Positions 30,703-40,788 of a stretch of DNA of 64,000 nt are shown piece after piece. Position 1 is the stretch's first letter. The number at the start of each line of letters is the position of its first letter. This DNA is from an uncultured delta proteobacterium (lineage in GTDB: Bacteria; Desulfobacterota; RBG-13-43-22): NCBI GenBank assembly GCA_963790475.1, contig CAWBOS010000012.1, positions 192,001 through 256,000 of the forward strand, written 5' to 3'. The translations under genes were made by a program, and so were the position numbers. Below the pieces are notes generated by a model. It saw only the letters and a list, made by a program, of their open reading frames with translations. It was not told where the DNA came from and did not search any database.

Positions 30703-30959
30703 CTCTCTCGCCCGCTTCGCTCGAGCACGCAGAGATCGCTGAGAGAAGCAGATTCTTTCATTACGGTTGAGAGGAACCGCAATCAAAAGCCAGTCGGGCG
30801 CTATTGCGCAATGAAGCCTCAGACCAAGAGAGACTTTGTAGGTTGTGCCGGAGACAGGACCGATTGGTCTGAATCTCCCCCTCAGAGATTCAGACTTAAC
30901 TGAACCCGTCTTTCTCTGTGTTCTCTGCGAACTCGAGAGACCGAAGGAAACGGGCGAGA
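30703..30959. repeat. Palindromic element family A, copy 3
   Basis: TCTCGCCCG...CGGGCGAGA ends; loops TGAGAGG and CCCCTCA. Confidence 0.8.
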
Positions 30960-30988
30960 TAAGTTTTTTCTAAAACCAGGAGGTGGCT

Positions 30989-31753
30989 ATGTCTGTGATT
31001 ATGGAAAAAGACGGCCCGATAACAACCGTCATCTTAAGCCGGCCCGAGGTGCGCAATGCCGTAGACCGGCAAACGGCTGTTGCCTTGGCCGAGGCCTTCA
31101 GGACCTTTGAAGCCGATGAGCAGGCCCTGGTGGCGGTCTTTTCCGGAGACCAGGGTCATTTTTGTGCCGGGGCGGATTTGAAAAAACTGGCCGAAGGACG
31201 ATCCAATCAGTTGGAGCCCGTTGGCGACGGGCCTATGGGGCCGACACGGATGCGCCTGAATAAGCCGGTCATCGCGGCTATTTCCGGTTACGCCGTAGCC
31301 GGGGGGTTGGAACTGACTTTGTGGTGTGACCTGCGGGTGATGGAGGAAGACGCCGTGCTGGGTGTCTTCTGCCGTCGCTGGGGCGTCCCTTTAATCGATG
31401 GCGGTACTGTTCGCCTGCCCCGTCTGATCGGCCTCAGCCGGGCACTGGATCTGATCTTAACCGGAAGGCCGGTCAGTGCCGAAGAGGCCTTACAGATAGG
31501 GTTGGTTAATCGGGTAGTCCCCAAAGGTACAGCCCGGCAGGCCGCCCAGGAGTTGGCCCGCCAACTGGCCGCTTTCCCACAAATCTGTCTGCGTAATGAC
31601 CGCCTCTCGGCTTACGAGCAATTCGACCTTTCCTTTGAAGAGGCCATGACCAATGAATTCCGGCATGGGCTGGAGGCCATTGAACAAGAGGCCCAAAATG
31701 GGGCAGCCCGCTTCGCTGAGGGTTCCGGCCGGCATGGTGAATTTGAAAAATAG
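30989..31753 (+). CDS. Enoyl-CoA hydratase/isomerase
   Basis: RNAVD, FCAGADLK, KPVIAAISGYAVAGGLEL, GVPLIDGG. Confidence 0.92.
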   Translation: MSVIMEKDGPITTVILSRPEVRNAVDRQTAVALAEAFRTFEADEQALVAVFSGDQGHFCAGADLKKLAEGRSNQLEPVGDGPMGPTRMRLNKPVIAAISGYAVAGGLELTLWCDLRVMEEDAVLGVFCRRWGVPLIDGGTVRLPRLIGLSRALDLILTGRPVSAEEALQIGLVNRVVPKGTARQAAQELARQLAAFPQICLRNDRLSAYEQFDLSFEEAMTNEFRHGLEAIEQEAQNGAARFAEGSGRHGEFEK

Positions 31754-31780
31754 TAATGCTTTAGCTTTTTATTATATTCT

Positions 31781-32032
31781 TTTTTGCCACAGACACACAA
31801 AGACAAAAACTGGACAAAGTCCTATCTCTCACAGAGCTCTCAGAGTCGCAGAGAAATCCTAATTTATTGATTGCCGTTGAGGGGCCGGCAATCAATAACC
31901 GGCTCATCGCCTAGCCTGCCCCGGACTCGATCCGGGGGCAAACATAGCCCCCGCAGGGTAGCGGGGTCAGGTAAATCGCCTGAAAAAGAACAAGTCGTCT
32001 AACTCATGTCCTGCAGTTGTCTGTGGCAAAAA
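31781..32032. repeat. Family B palindrome enclosing a partial family A copy
   Basis: TTTTGCCACAGAC...GTCTGTGGCAAAA ends; internal loop TGAGGGG at 31878-31884. Confidence 0.75.
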
Positions 32033-32079
32033 GGGAATTGCTTTAGCTTTTTCAAAAAAATAAAATGGAGGTTTTCAAC

Positions 32080-32943
32080 ATGTCCAAAATTCTGGAAATT
32101 CTTGGAAGCAAGTACCCGATCATACAAGGGCCCATCGGTGAAATGAACGATCCCAAAATGGTCGCCGCCGTGTCCGAGGCCGGCGCTTTTGGGATGTTGG
32201 CCCTCGGCTTTGTCCACGACCTGGAAAAGGTCAAACAATTAATCGCAGGGGTCAAAGAGCTGACCGACAAACCTTTCGGCGCCAATCTTATGATCGCCAT
32301 GAATCCGAACAATGAAGCCATTCTGGAGATCTTAGCGGAAGCAGGAATCAAAACCATAACCACTTCTGCCGGAGCTCCCAAGAAAATCTATCCCAAAATT
32401 AAAGAATTGGGCCTGAAGGGCCTGCATGTTATTTTGGCCGCCCCCCTGGCCTTGAAAGCCGTAGAGGCCGGGGCCAATGCCGTGGTCGTATCGGGAGCGG
32501 AATCCGGAGGACTTCGAACCAGCGGTCCCGAGTCCAGCAACATGATCCTGATCCCCCTGGTCTGTGACTTGGTGGACCTTCCAGTCGTGGCTGCCGGAGG
32601 GATTGCCGATCATCGGGGATTTAGAGCCGTCCTGGCCCTGGGGGCCCAGGGTGTGCAGATCGGGACCGCTTTTCTGGCCTCTGAAGAGAGCCCGGCCCCT
32701 CAGGAATGGAAAAAGGCCATCATCGATTGCGCTGATGGAGGCACGGTGCTGCTGCCCAGGCTCGGCATAGCCATGCGGGCTCTGATCAACGATGAGATGC
32801 GCCAAATGATGGCTTCCGGCGTGGATCTCAGCAAGGAATACAAAGCAGGTGATGCCGGCAAAACCTGGGGAGGAGGCCAGATCAGCGCCTTGATTAAAAA
32901 GATCAGGCCCGTAAAGGATATTATCGAAGAAATGGTATCCTGA
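32080..32943 (+). CDS. Nitronate monooxygenase/FabK-like flavoprotein
   Basis: YPIIQG, AVSEAGA.G, KPFGANL, GAESGG, PVVAAGGI, QIGTAFLAS.E. Confidence 0.88.
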   Translation: MSKILEILGSKYPIIQGPIGEMNDPKMVAAVSEAGAFGMLALGFVHDLEKVKQLIAGVKELTDKPFGANLMIAMNPNNEAILEILAEAGIKTITTSAGAPKKIYPKIKELGLKGLHVILAAPLALKAVEAGANAVVVSGAESGGLRTSGPESSNMILIPLVCDLVDLPVVAAGGIADHRGFRAVLALGAQGVQIGTAFLASEESPAPQEWKKAIIDCADGGTVLLPRLGIAMRALINDEMRQMMASGVDLSKEYKAGDAGKTWGGGQISALIKKIRPVKDIIEEMVS

Positions 32944-33083
32944 CCATTACCAAGAAAGGCTACTTGGACAGGGCCCCCTTGGCCGGGAACGAGGGATCTT
33001 GTTCTCCAGGAGGTTTTCCGGGGATAGGCTTGCTGATAAATGGAATTAATGTAACACGTTAGTTATTGGAAAATGAGTTTATA

Positions 33084-33278
33084 TTCACCGCAAAGCCGCA
33101 AAGATCGCAAAGAGAATTATTTTTGTTCAATCCCATGAGAGTCAGGATTGAACAAAACAGCCTTGGCCTCCGGCCAAATAATTCCCCGCAAGGAAGTGAA
33201 GGATATTGATTGCCGGCCCCTCACCGGCAATCAATAAAAACATTTTCTTCTTTGCGCCCTCAGCGGCTCTGCGGTGAA
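33084..33278. repeat. Palindromic element family A, copy 5
   Basis: TTCACCGCA...TGCGGTGAA ends; loops TGAGAGT and CCCCTCA. Confidence 0.8.
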
Positions 33279-33339
33279 AACATTTAATTTCAAAAAGCTA
33301 AATGAATAAAATTAATAATTCCGTTGGAAGGAGGCTATT

Positions 33340-34911
33340 ATGTCGGAAATCTCAGTTCGTAGCAAACCAACCAATTTCCTGGAACTCAACGCGGGGAAAC
33401 ACCCGGACAAAACCGCGGTAATCGGTCCTGACAGGTCCATGACTTATGGACAATTGCGGGAAAGAGCCAGGGCTCTGGCCCGGAGCCTTTACGGCCTGGG
33501 GGTCAGGCCCGGGGATCAGGTGGCCCTCATGACCTACAACCTTCCGGAAGCCTCTGAAGTCTCGACGGCCCTTGTTTATCTTGAAGTAGGCCTGGTTATG
33601 ATCGGTTACCGGATGAAACCGCCGGAAATTGAATACATCGTCGGAAACTCGGATTCCAGGGTTCTTCTTTTTTGGCATGAATTTGCGGATCGCATTCTGC
33701 CCTATAAGGAAAATTTTAAAAAGATCATACCCGGAGGTTTCATCTCCTTTGGAGGGCCTTCTTCCGCTAGTGCCTTGGACTATGAAACCCTGTTTAAAGA
33801 CCCGCCGGAGATGGACCTGGACAACCTGCCCCCGGCCAAACAGGCGGGAACGGCCATGATCTATACTTCGGGAACCACAGGCCGACCTAAGGGTGCCGCC
33901 CGAAAAACAGATTTTACCAATAAACCGGGAGTATTGGATTTCCTGTTTGCCACGATTGGTTTCCTGAAAATGGATCCCGACGAGGTGCACCTGGTTTGCT
34001 GCCCGATTTACCATTCAGCCCCCTCTTACTTTAACGCCGTTAATTTTATCCTCGGTGGAACCACAGTCTACCAACCACGATTTGACCCGGTGCAATTCCT
34101 CGAGCTGGTGGCCAGACATCGGGTTACCTCAAGCCATCTGGTTCCTACCATGATCGTCAGATTGCTCCAGGTGCCGGAGTCGGTCACCCGGAATCTGGAT
34201 CTTTCCAGCCTGCGCACCGTGATTTGCGGGGCGGCACCCTTGTTTCCTGAATATAAGCTTGCCTTTCTGGACCGCTTCGGCGACTGCCTCAACGAGTATT
34301 ACGGGGCCACCGAAACAGGCGTGAACACCTTTATCACGCCCCAGGAGATGCGGGAGCGGCCCAACAGTGTCGGCCAGGCCTTTGCCAATAATGAACTCAA
34401 GATCTTTGATGAACAGGGCCATGAAGTCCCGGACGGAGAACGGGGCGTGCTCTATATGTATAATCCCATTATGATGGAGGGTTACTATAAAAATGAAAAA
34501 GCCACCATCGAAACCTATCGGGGCAACTATATGACGGTCGGGGATGTGGCTGTTCGGGACAGGGACGGGTATATTTACATCGTCGATCGGGTAAAAGATA
34601 TGATCATTCGCGGCGGAGTCAACATTTATCCGGCGGAGGTGGAAGAAGTCCTGGTGGGCATGCCCGGGATAGCCGATGCCGCCGTGGTTGGAAAGTTCGA
34701 TCCGGAGTTCGGCGAAACGGTGGCTGCCTTCGTGGTCCTGGAGAAAGGCTCACCGGTTACCGAAGAAAGTATCAAGGAATATTGTGCCCCGCGTATGGCT
34801 AATCAAAAGATCCCCGTTACCATAGTTTTTTTGGATACGATTCCCCGTACGCCAACAGGAAAAATTCTGAAAAGAGAGCTCCGCGAGGCCGTTAACGTGC
34901 CCACAATTTAA
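33340..34911 (+). CDS. Acyl-CoA synthetase (AMP-binding)
   Basis: YTSGTTGRPKG, YGATE, GDV, DRVKDMIIRGG.NIYP.E, TGKILK. Confidence 0.93.
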   Translation: MSEISVRSKPTNFLELNAGKHPDKTAVIGPDRSMTYGQLRERARALARSLYGLGVRPGDQVALMTYNLPEASEVSTALVYLEVGLVMIGYRMKPPEIEYIVGNSDSRVLLFWHEFADRILPYKENFKKIIPGGFISFGGPSSASALDYETLFKDPPEMDLDNLPPAKQAGTAMIYTSGTTGRPKGAARKTDFTNKPGVLDFLFATIGFLKMDPDEVHLVCCPIYHSAPSYFNAVNFILGGTTVYQPRFDPVQFLELVARHRVTSSHLVPTMIVRLLQVPESVTRNLDLSSLRTVICGAAPLFPEYKLAFLDRFGDCLNEYYGATETGVNTFITPQEMRERPNSVGQAFANNELKIFDEQGHEVPDGERGVLYMYNPIMMEGYYKNEKATIETYRGNYMTVGDVAVRDRDGYIYIVDRVKDMIIRGGVNIYPAEVEEVLVGMPGIADAAVVGKFDPEFGETVAAFVVLEKGSPVTEESIKEYCAPRMANQKIPVTIVFLDTIPRTPTGKILKRELREAVNVPTI

Positions 34912-34918
34912 TTTCATC

Positions 34919-35311
34919 ATGGATGCCATTTTTGCCAATCTTGTAATGATTTTTCATTTCACTTACGTATCCTATATTATCTTGGGATTCGTCTATATCT
35001 GGCTGGGCTTTTTTCTCCGATGGAAGTCTATTTATAATCCGCTCCTTCGGTGGACCCATTTGGCGGCTATGGGGATTGTGATTTTAGAGACTGCTTTTGG
35101 CTTTTTCTGTCCCTTAACGGAATGGGAGGCTAAGCTGCGTCGAGGAGCCGGTCAGTCATTTCTTTATCCCCAGGGTTTTATTCCCCATTGGGTGCACAAG
35201 TTTTTGTATTACAACTGGCCTGACTGGATGTTTGCGGTCATTTACATCGCTTTTTTTGTTGGAATGTGCTTAACGTTTATTTTCATCCCGCCAAGAAAAC
35301 CTGATCGGTGA
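34919..35311 (+). CDS. DUF2784 membrane protein
   Basis: HF.Y, HLAA, CPLT.WE..LR, GFI.HW. Confidence 0.85.
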   Translation: MDAIFANLVMIFHFTYVSYIILGFVYIWLGFFLRWKSIYNPLLRWTHLAAMGIVILETAFGFFCPLTEWEAKLRRGAGQSFLYPQGFIPHWVHKFLYYNWPDWMFAVIYIAFFVGMCLTFIFIPPRKPDR

Positions 35312-35481
35312 ATTCTTCAAAAAGCCCCTGCTATGCTGTCCGGTTTAATTTTTCCTCCGGGATAATCATGTAGACTCTATCCCTTCATCCAGATCTTGGT
35401 CCGATTCTGTGAAATTCTCCAGGACTTCCATTTTTTTGATTCCCGCCTTTGGCAATCAAATGGCCATGTCTGCTCGGCCCT

Positions 35482-36444
35482 TTATTCAGCCTGGGAAGGG
35501 CAATTTCTTTTTAACCAGTCCGTCAGAAAGGCATTCACCTCATTGGGTTTTTCCTGTTGAATCCAGTGCCCGCATTCCAATGTACGGCTCTCCAGATTCG
35601 GGACATATTCCGAAAAATCGCCCCCCTTCGGGACAATGTCGTAGGCCCCGTAGATCATGGCGCAGGGGACATCGATCCGCTGTGGAAGGCCGGAGGACCT
35701 CTCCCAGTTTCGGGTGATGTTCCGATACCAGTTAATCGGCCCGGTAAATCCTCCTTTGCTGAATGCGGCAACAAAAACGTCCAACTCCTTATCCGACATG
35801 AGGGGTTCCCCCGGGGGATCGGTCAGGTCAAGAAGGTTTATCAGGGACACCTTGAAACTGGGTTTTTCCTTTGCTGATCCTGCCTTTCGGTCACCCTGCT
35901 GTCGGCGACGAAACACATTATTCAGAAAGCGTTCGGGATTTCCTGCGAAGGCGGCATCGGCAACTCCGGGTTGCCGGTTAAAATGTACGATATAGTGTTC
36001 CGGCCCGTAAAACTGCTCCAATAGAGCCACCGGGTCGCTATTTCCCCGTGGCGAAAAGGGGACACTCATTCCCACTACCCCGGCGACTCTGTCCGGGTGA
36101 AGCAACGGCATATTCCAAACCACCGGACCACCCCAGTCATGGCCGATAAAAATGGCCTTTCCCAGGCCCAGGGCGTCCAACAGGTTGGCCATGTCACCAC
36201 AAAGATGCTGAATATCATAGGCCTCCACCCCCTCGGGTTTGTCCGTCGCGCCGTATCCCCTCTGGTTCGGTGCGATGACCCGGTATCCCGCCTCTGCCAG
36301 GGCGGGCATTTGAAACCTCCAGGAATAGGCGAGTTCCGGAAAGCCGTGGGCCAGAATAACCGGAAATCCCTCCCCCTGTTCAAAAATTTCCATGTTGATT
36401 TCATTGGTTTTTATTATTTTCGGATCGGGAAAGGCGATAGTCAT
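35482..36444 (-). CDS. Epoxide hydrolase-like alpha/beta hydrolase
   Basis: HGFPELAYSWR, GHDWGG, NWYRN, CGHWIQQE. Confidence 0.9.
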   Translation of the reverse strand: MTIAFPDPKIIKTNEINMEIFEQGEGFPVILAHGFPELAYSWRFQMPALAEAGYRVIAPNQRGYGATDKPEGVEAYDIQHLCGDMANLLDALGLGKAIFIGHDWGGPVVWNMPLLHPDRVAGVVGMSVPFSPRGNSDPVALLEQFYGPEHYIVHFNRQPGVADAAFAGNPERFLNNVFRRRQQGDRKAGSAKEKPSFKVSLINLLDLTDPPGEPLMSDKELDVFVAAFSKGGFTGPINWYRNITRNWERSSGLPQRIDVPCAMIYGAYDIVPKGGDFSEYVPNLESRTLECGHWIQQEKPNEVNAFLTDWLKRNCPSQAE

Positions 36445-36490
36445 TTTTTCTCCTTCCTGGGTTATATTAAGTCAAAGAGTATAAGCAAAG

Positions 36491-36734
36491 GAAACACTTT
36501 AGTTATTTAAAAAATGTTTTGCCACAGACTCACACTGACAAAGGCTGGACAGAAGATCGTTTGCCCGGCCCAACAAAAACGGGCCAGACAAACCAGTTAT
36601 CGCTTAACGGCGAACCTGGTTTTAATGCCCGAAGGGCCTGACAGTAGAAGGAAGACAAGTCGTCTTCCTCATGTCCTGCCTTTGTCCGTGGCAAAAAAAG
36701 GATATTCCCTTTTTTCAAAAAGCTAAAGTGATAC
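36491..36734. repeat. Family C outer palindrome enclosing a family B palindrome
   Basis: CACTTTAGTTATTT...AAAAGCTAAAGTG outside TTTTGCCACAGAC...GTCCGTGGCAAAA. Confidence 0.7.
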
Positions 36735-37075
36735 AAGCAAAGAAATTATCATTCCGGTGTCTGCGGGTCAAGATTTGTTGAAAAGTATTAAGCTGATGTA
36801 TATCATTTTTTTTGATTTACAATCAAAGGAAAATCAGCAGGCAACTCCGGGACCGAATAGAGCCTTCGGTAAAGGACTCCCCAAGACGGAGAGAGAGCCG
36901 AGTGGCCCGAATATTTTTTTGACCGGCCTCTTGGGATGGGTTAATCTGAATCCTTAAAAACGAAACATTCTTTTCTGATGATTGGGGAGTTGAGAGGTTT
37001 CGAATTGAATGGTAATTAAGTCAACCTTTTAAGAATCGTTTTCTGGCCAAATCGGAAACTGTAAAAGGAGGAATT

Positions 37076-37892
37076 ATGGAGAACAAAATGAAGGATCTTT
37101 TTTCCATCGAAGGGAAAATTGCCCTGGTCAGCGGAGGTTCGAGAGGAATCGGTGAGATGATCGCGGCCGGTTTTTTAAGTCACGGGGCCAAAGTCTATAT
37201 CAGCTCTCGTAAGGCTGAGGTTTGCAATGCTACCGCCAAACGGCTGGCCGACAGGTACGGAAAGGAATGTCTTTCGATCCCTGCCGACCTGTCGGGTCTG
37301 AAAGGCATAGAGTCGCTTGTCACCGCCTTATCGGAGCGGGAAACCAGACTGGACATTCTGGTTAATAACGCCGGGGCCACCTGGGGCGCCCCTTTGGAGG
37401 AATTTCCCGAATCAGGGTGGGATAAGATTATGGATACCAATGTCAAGGCTATTTTTTTTCTCACCCAGAAACTCCTGCCGCTGTTACGGAAATGCGGCTT
37501 CATCCGAAAATCCGGCGCGGGTGATCAATATCGGCTCAATCGACGGCATCAAAACGCCGTCTTTTAATAACTTCTCTTACGGACCTTCCAAGGCCGCTGT
37601 GCACCATTTGACCCGTGTTCTGGCTGCACACCTGATCAAAGAACATATCATCGTGAACGCCATTGCGCCGGGACCGTTTCCAACCCCGATGTTGAGCTCC
37701 GGAGTTGGGTTCGGTGGAAAGACTGAAGGAGAAGGTGTGAACTGGGATATGGTGGGTCAAACCAACCCGAGCGGCCGAGTCGGCACTATAGAAGACATTA
37801 GCGGTTTGGCGATTTTTCTCAGTTCCAGAGCGGGCGCTTATGTGGTGGGTCAAACCATACCCTGTGACGGAGGAATGGTCGCTAGTTCCTGA
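37076..37892 (+). CDS. SDR oxidoreductase (frameshift near 37495)
   Basis: SGGSRGIG, NNAG, YGPSKAA, NAIAPG. Confidence 0.88.
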
Positions 37893-37930
37893 TGGTATCA
37901 CTAAAAGAAACATCCGAGAGGAGATAAGAG

Positions 37931-38773
37931 ATGAAAGTGGAGGACTTCAAGGAAATAGTTTACCAGAAGGAAGACAACGGCATCGTCACGGTTACGCTGA
38001 ACATTCCGAAAAGAAAAAATGCTTTGAGCCCGTATACGTTTTACGAGCTTTTCTGGGCCGTGGACGCCATGGAAAAGGATGACTCGGCTGGAATCATGAT
38101 CCTGACCGGTGCCAAAGATCCCGATTCCGACGATCCGACCAAAGAAGCCTTCAGCAGCGGCGGCTATTTCAATCCCGCCTCTTTGGCGGGACTAAGCGAG
38201 GAAGTGAAAGCCCAGCTTGACCTTACGGATATTGCCCAGAAAAAATTAACTTTGAAGATGTGGCAATTCGACAAACCGGTCATCGCCGCCGTCAATGGGC
38301 TGGCGGTTGGCGGGGCCTTCACCATGTGCCTGTCCTGTTGCGATCTAATCTATTGCTCCGAACACGCCTGGGCTTCCTTGCCCTTCGTCGGTTTGGGCAT
38401 CATTCCCGAACTGGCCTCCAGTTATCTGCTGCCGAGATTGATCGGCTTCCAGCGGGCCAAGGAGATCATGTTTTTTGCCGAACGTATCACGGCCCAACAC
38501 CTTTTCGATCTTGGACTGATAAACAAAGTGTTACCCCATGATCAACTGTTGCCCTATGCCCGAGAAAGGGCCCTTAAACTGGTCCCGCCTCAGGGAGCCG
38601 GGTATGCGGTCCGCATGGCCAAGCGGGCCCTTCATCAACCTCTTCTTGCCGCCGTTACTACGGCCCTGGATATGGAAAACAAGGGACTCAATGAGGCATT
38701 TCGCACGGCGGACTTCGCCGAGGCCCTGACCGCCCGGGCTGAAAGGCGGGCCCCGGTTTTCAAAGGCCGGTAG
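37931..38773 (+). CDS. Enoyl-CoA hydratase/isomerase
   Basis: KNAL, FSSGG, KPVIAAVNGLAVGG, GIIPE. Confidence 0.9.
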   Translation: MKVEDFKEIVYQKEDNGIVTVTLNIPKRKNALSPYTFYELFWAVDAMEKDDSAGIMILTGAKDPDSDDPTKEAFSSGGYFNPASLAGLSEEVKAQLDLTDIAQKKLTLKMWQFDKPVIAAVNGLAVGGAFTMCLSCCDLIYCSEHAWASLPFVGLGIIPELASSYLLPRLIGFQRAKEIMFFAERITAQHLFDLGLINKVLPHDQLLPYARERALKLVPPQGAGYAVRMAKRALHQPLLAAVTTALDMENKGLNEAFRTADFAEALTARAERRAPVFKGR

Positions 38774-38834
38774 TAGACCGAACCCGCAAATGGGAATCGG
38801 CCGGTCAGATAATCGCTCTCAATATTTCAAGGGA

Positions 38835-39593
38835 CTAAGGTACCATGGCCACAATCCGGGCCGGTCCGGCACTACCCCCCTTGATCTTCAAGGGAAAGCA
38901 GGACACTTTGAATCCATAGGGGGGTAGTCCTCCCAGGTTGACTAATCGTTCGATCTGGGCATAGGGCAAATTTGCCTGATGGGCGGCCCAGAAAACCCCC
39001 GGCTTTCCGCTGCTCAAGGCCTCTTTAGCCTGCCGATCCAAAGGGGTGTCCCAGCCCCAGGCATCTATACCCATGACTCTGATGCCTTGATCAAACAACC
39101 AATGGGTGGCCCCGGCGGTAACCCCGCAGCCCCGGAACATATAGTCCGGTTGGCCGTAAAAGGCGTCTCTCCCGGTACGCACCATCACGATATCCAGGGG
39201 TTTCAAGGTGTATCGGATACGCTTAAGTTCATTTTGGACATCTTCCGCGGTCATCCCGTCCCCATCGGCTTTGTAGGACATTTCCAGGATCACCCCGTCA
39301 CTGAAAAACCATTCCAAAGGCAGCTCATCAATGGTTTCAGACCTTTTCCCTTGGATTTGACTGTTGTAATGCCAGGGGGCATCAATGTGGGTGGTGCTAT
39401 GGGTCCCCAGATTGGTTATCTTTTCCACTGCCCACCCTTCCCCACGATTTAGAAGATTGGACGGGACATTAAACATACCCTGGATTCCGGCCGCACCCTC
39501 GGTATGGGACTGATATTCTATGACCGTTCGTAAAAACTCCGGAACTCCTTCAGGACTGGGGGCAATCATAGCCGATAAGTCAATGAATTTCAT
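38835..39593 (-). CDS. Cyclase family (kynurenine formamidase-like) metal hydrolase
   Basis: THSTTHIDAP.H, GIDAW..D, QIERL.NL, PLKI.GG.AGPAR. Confidence 0.9.
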   Translation of the reverse strand: MKFIDLSAMIAPSPEGVPEFLRTVIEYQSHTEGAAGIQGMFNVPSNLLNRGEGWAVEKITNLGTHSTTHIDAPWHYNSQIQGKRSETIDELPLEWFFSDGVILEMSYKADGDGMTAEDVQNELKRIRYTLKPLDIVMVRTGRDAFYGQPDYMFRGCGVTAGATHWLFDQGIRVMGIDAWGWDTPLDRQAKEALSSGKPGVFWAAHQANLPYAQIERLVNLGGLPPYGFKVSCFPLKIKGGSAGPARIVAMVP

Positions 39594-39652
39594 AAGGCAC
39601 TCCTCCTTTTAAAATGGTATCTTTTTTAAGGATGATCGATTCAGAATAATCC

Positions 39653-39865
39653 TTATTCTAAGCCATATTTTTCCTTCATTTCAGCGTACACCTGCATTAA
39701 TTTTTGTTCGTGCATTTGCTCTTCTTTCAGGAAATTTCCGAAAATTTCCTTTTCCATTCGGGAAGTACTTTTTTTAATTAAATTCTCATAGAATTCCTGA
39801 GCCTTTCTCTCGTTTTCTACTCCGATTTCGAACAGTTTAAACAGTTCCTTTGTTTTCTCGTCCAT
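39653..39865 (-). CDS. Small ferritin/rubrerythrin-like protein
   Basis: E..A..FY and EE..H..KL diiron half-motifs. Confidence 0.7.
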   Translation of the reverse strand: MDEKTKELFKLFEIGVENERKAQEFYENLIKKSTSRMEKEIFGNFLKEEQMHEQKLMQVYAEMKEKYGLE

Positions 39866-39907
39866 TTTTCGTCCTCCTCATTTTCCTGAGTGCCTTTACA
39901 AGTCGGG

Positions 39908-40768
39908 TTAGTTCTTACCAGGCTCTGGATCTTTCAGCGTCTTGGGGTGCTTCTTTTTCTTCGGGCCGAGTTTCCTGATGTTTTCGGCCGGCGGTAGATC
40001 TTCCGGCATCGTCCCGCCAAGCTCCTGAATGGTTTTTCGAACTTTCTCGCCGACTTCCTTATGGGTAAGGTTAGCCTTTACTTTACCCCTGATCCGGTCA
40101 CGACGGAGTTTTTCCTCGGTCTGAGTGGTCCTGAACAAATTGGCGGCCAGTTCCGTGCTGCCCATGTGGTCGAGAATCTGTTGGCTTTTCTTTAACCCCC
40201 GGCGAAGGTGAATATCTTTAGCCGACAACCCGCCATAGAGGCCGCGATAGCCGTGGTCCTGAAAGATGGCATAATCCTTGGACTCGATGACGCCGGCTGC
40301 CCGGGCCGTACCCGCCAGCCGGATATTGTGCAGCTTCATTTCTTCCCGTAAAAGCAGCCGCCGAACTTCCTCGGTCGTCCTTTCAGAAAGTTCCTGTCTT
40401 CGGGTCTGAAGGGCAAAATAGTTCTGACCCAAAGCGACAATTTCTTTCGAGGGGTCCGCGTTTTGGACGATGAGGTAACAGGCGTACCGGGAAAGCAAAA
40501 CTGTTTTGATGGGCCGCTGCGCTCCACTGCCGATCGTGACCATTTCGGTGACGTCAACGAAATGGTCTTCGATGTGGTGGCCGCTGTTAAAACAGGCCAG
40601 TCGGGCTTTCTCCAGGACGGCCTCAAAGTTTCGATAATCACTGTAACCCAGCACTAAGGCAAAGTCCCGGCTGGACCAGTATTCTACACCGGCTGAATTT
40701 ATTCGCCGGATGCGCTCGAAGGGGGAGAGATCATCGGCCACCGGCATGTTTTCTTTTTCCTGGTCCAT
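39908..40768 (-). CDS. dinD: DNA damage-inducible protein D
   Basis: EYWSSR, LSRYACYLIVQNADP.K, YFA.QTRRQE, LDHMGSTELAANLFR.TQ. Confidence 0.92.
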   Translation of the reverse strand: MDQEKENMPVADDLSPFERIRRINSAGVEYWSSRDFALVLGYSDYRNFEAVLEKARLACFNSGHHIEDHFVDVTEMVTIGSGAQRPIKTVLLSRYACYLIVQNADPSKEIVALGQNYFALQTRRQELSERTTEEVRRLLLREEMKLHNIRLAGTARAAGVIESKDYAIFQDHGYRGLYGGLSAKDIHLRRGLKKSQQILDHMGSTELAANLFRTTQTEEKLRRDRIRGKVKANLTHKEVGEKVRKTIQELGGTMPEDLPPAENIRKLGPKKKKHPKTLKDPEPGKN

Positions 40769-40788
40769 GTTTTCCCTTCGCTGGGAAT

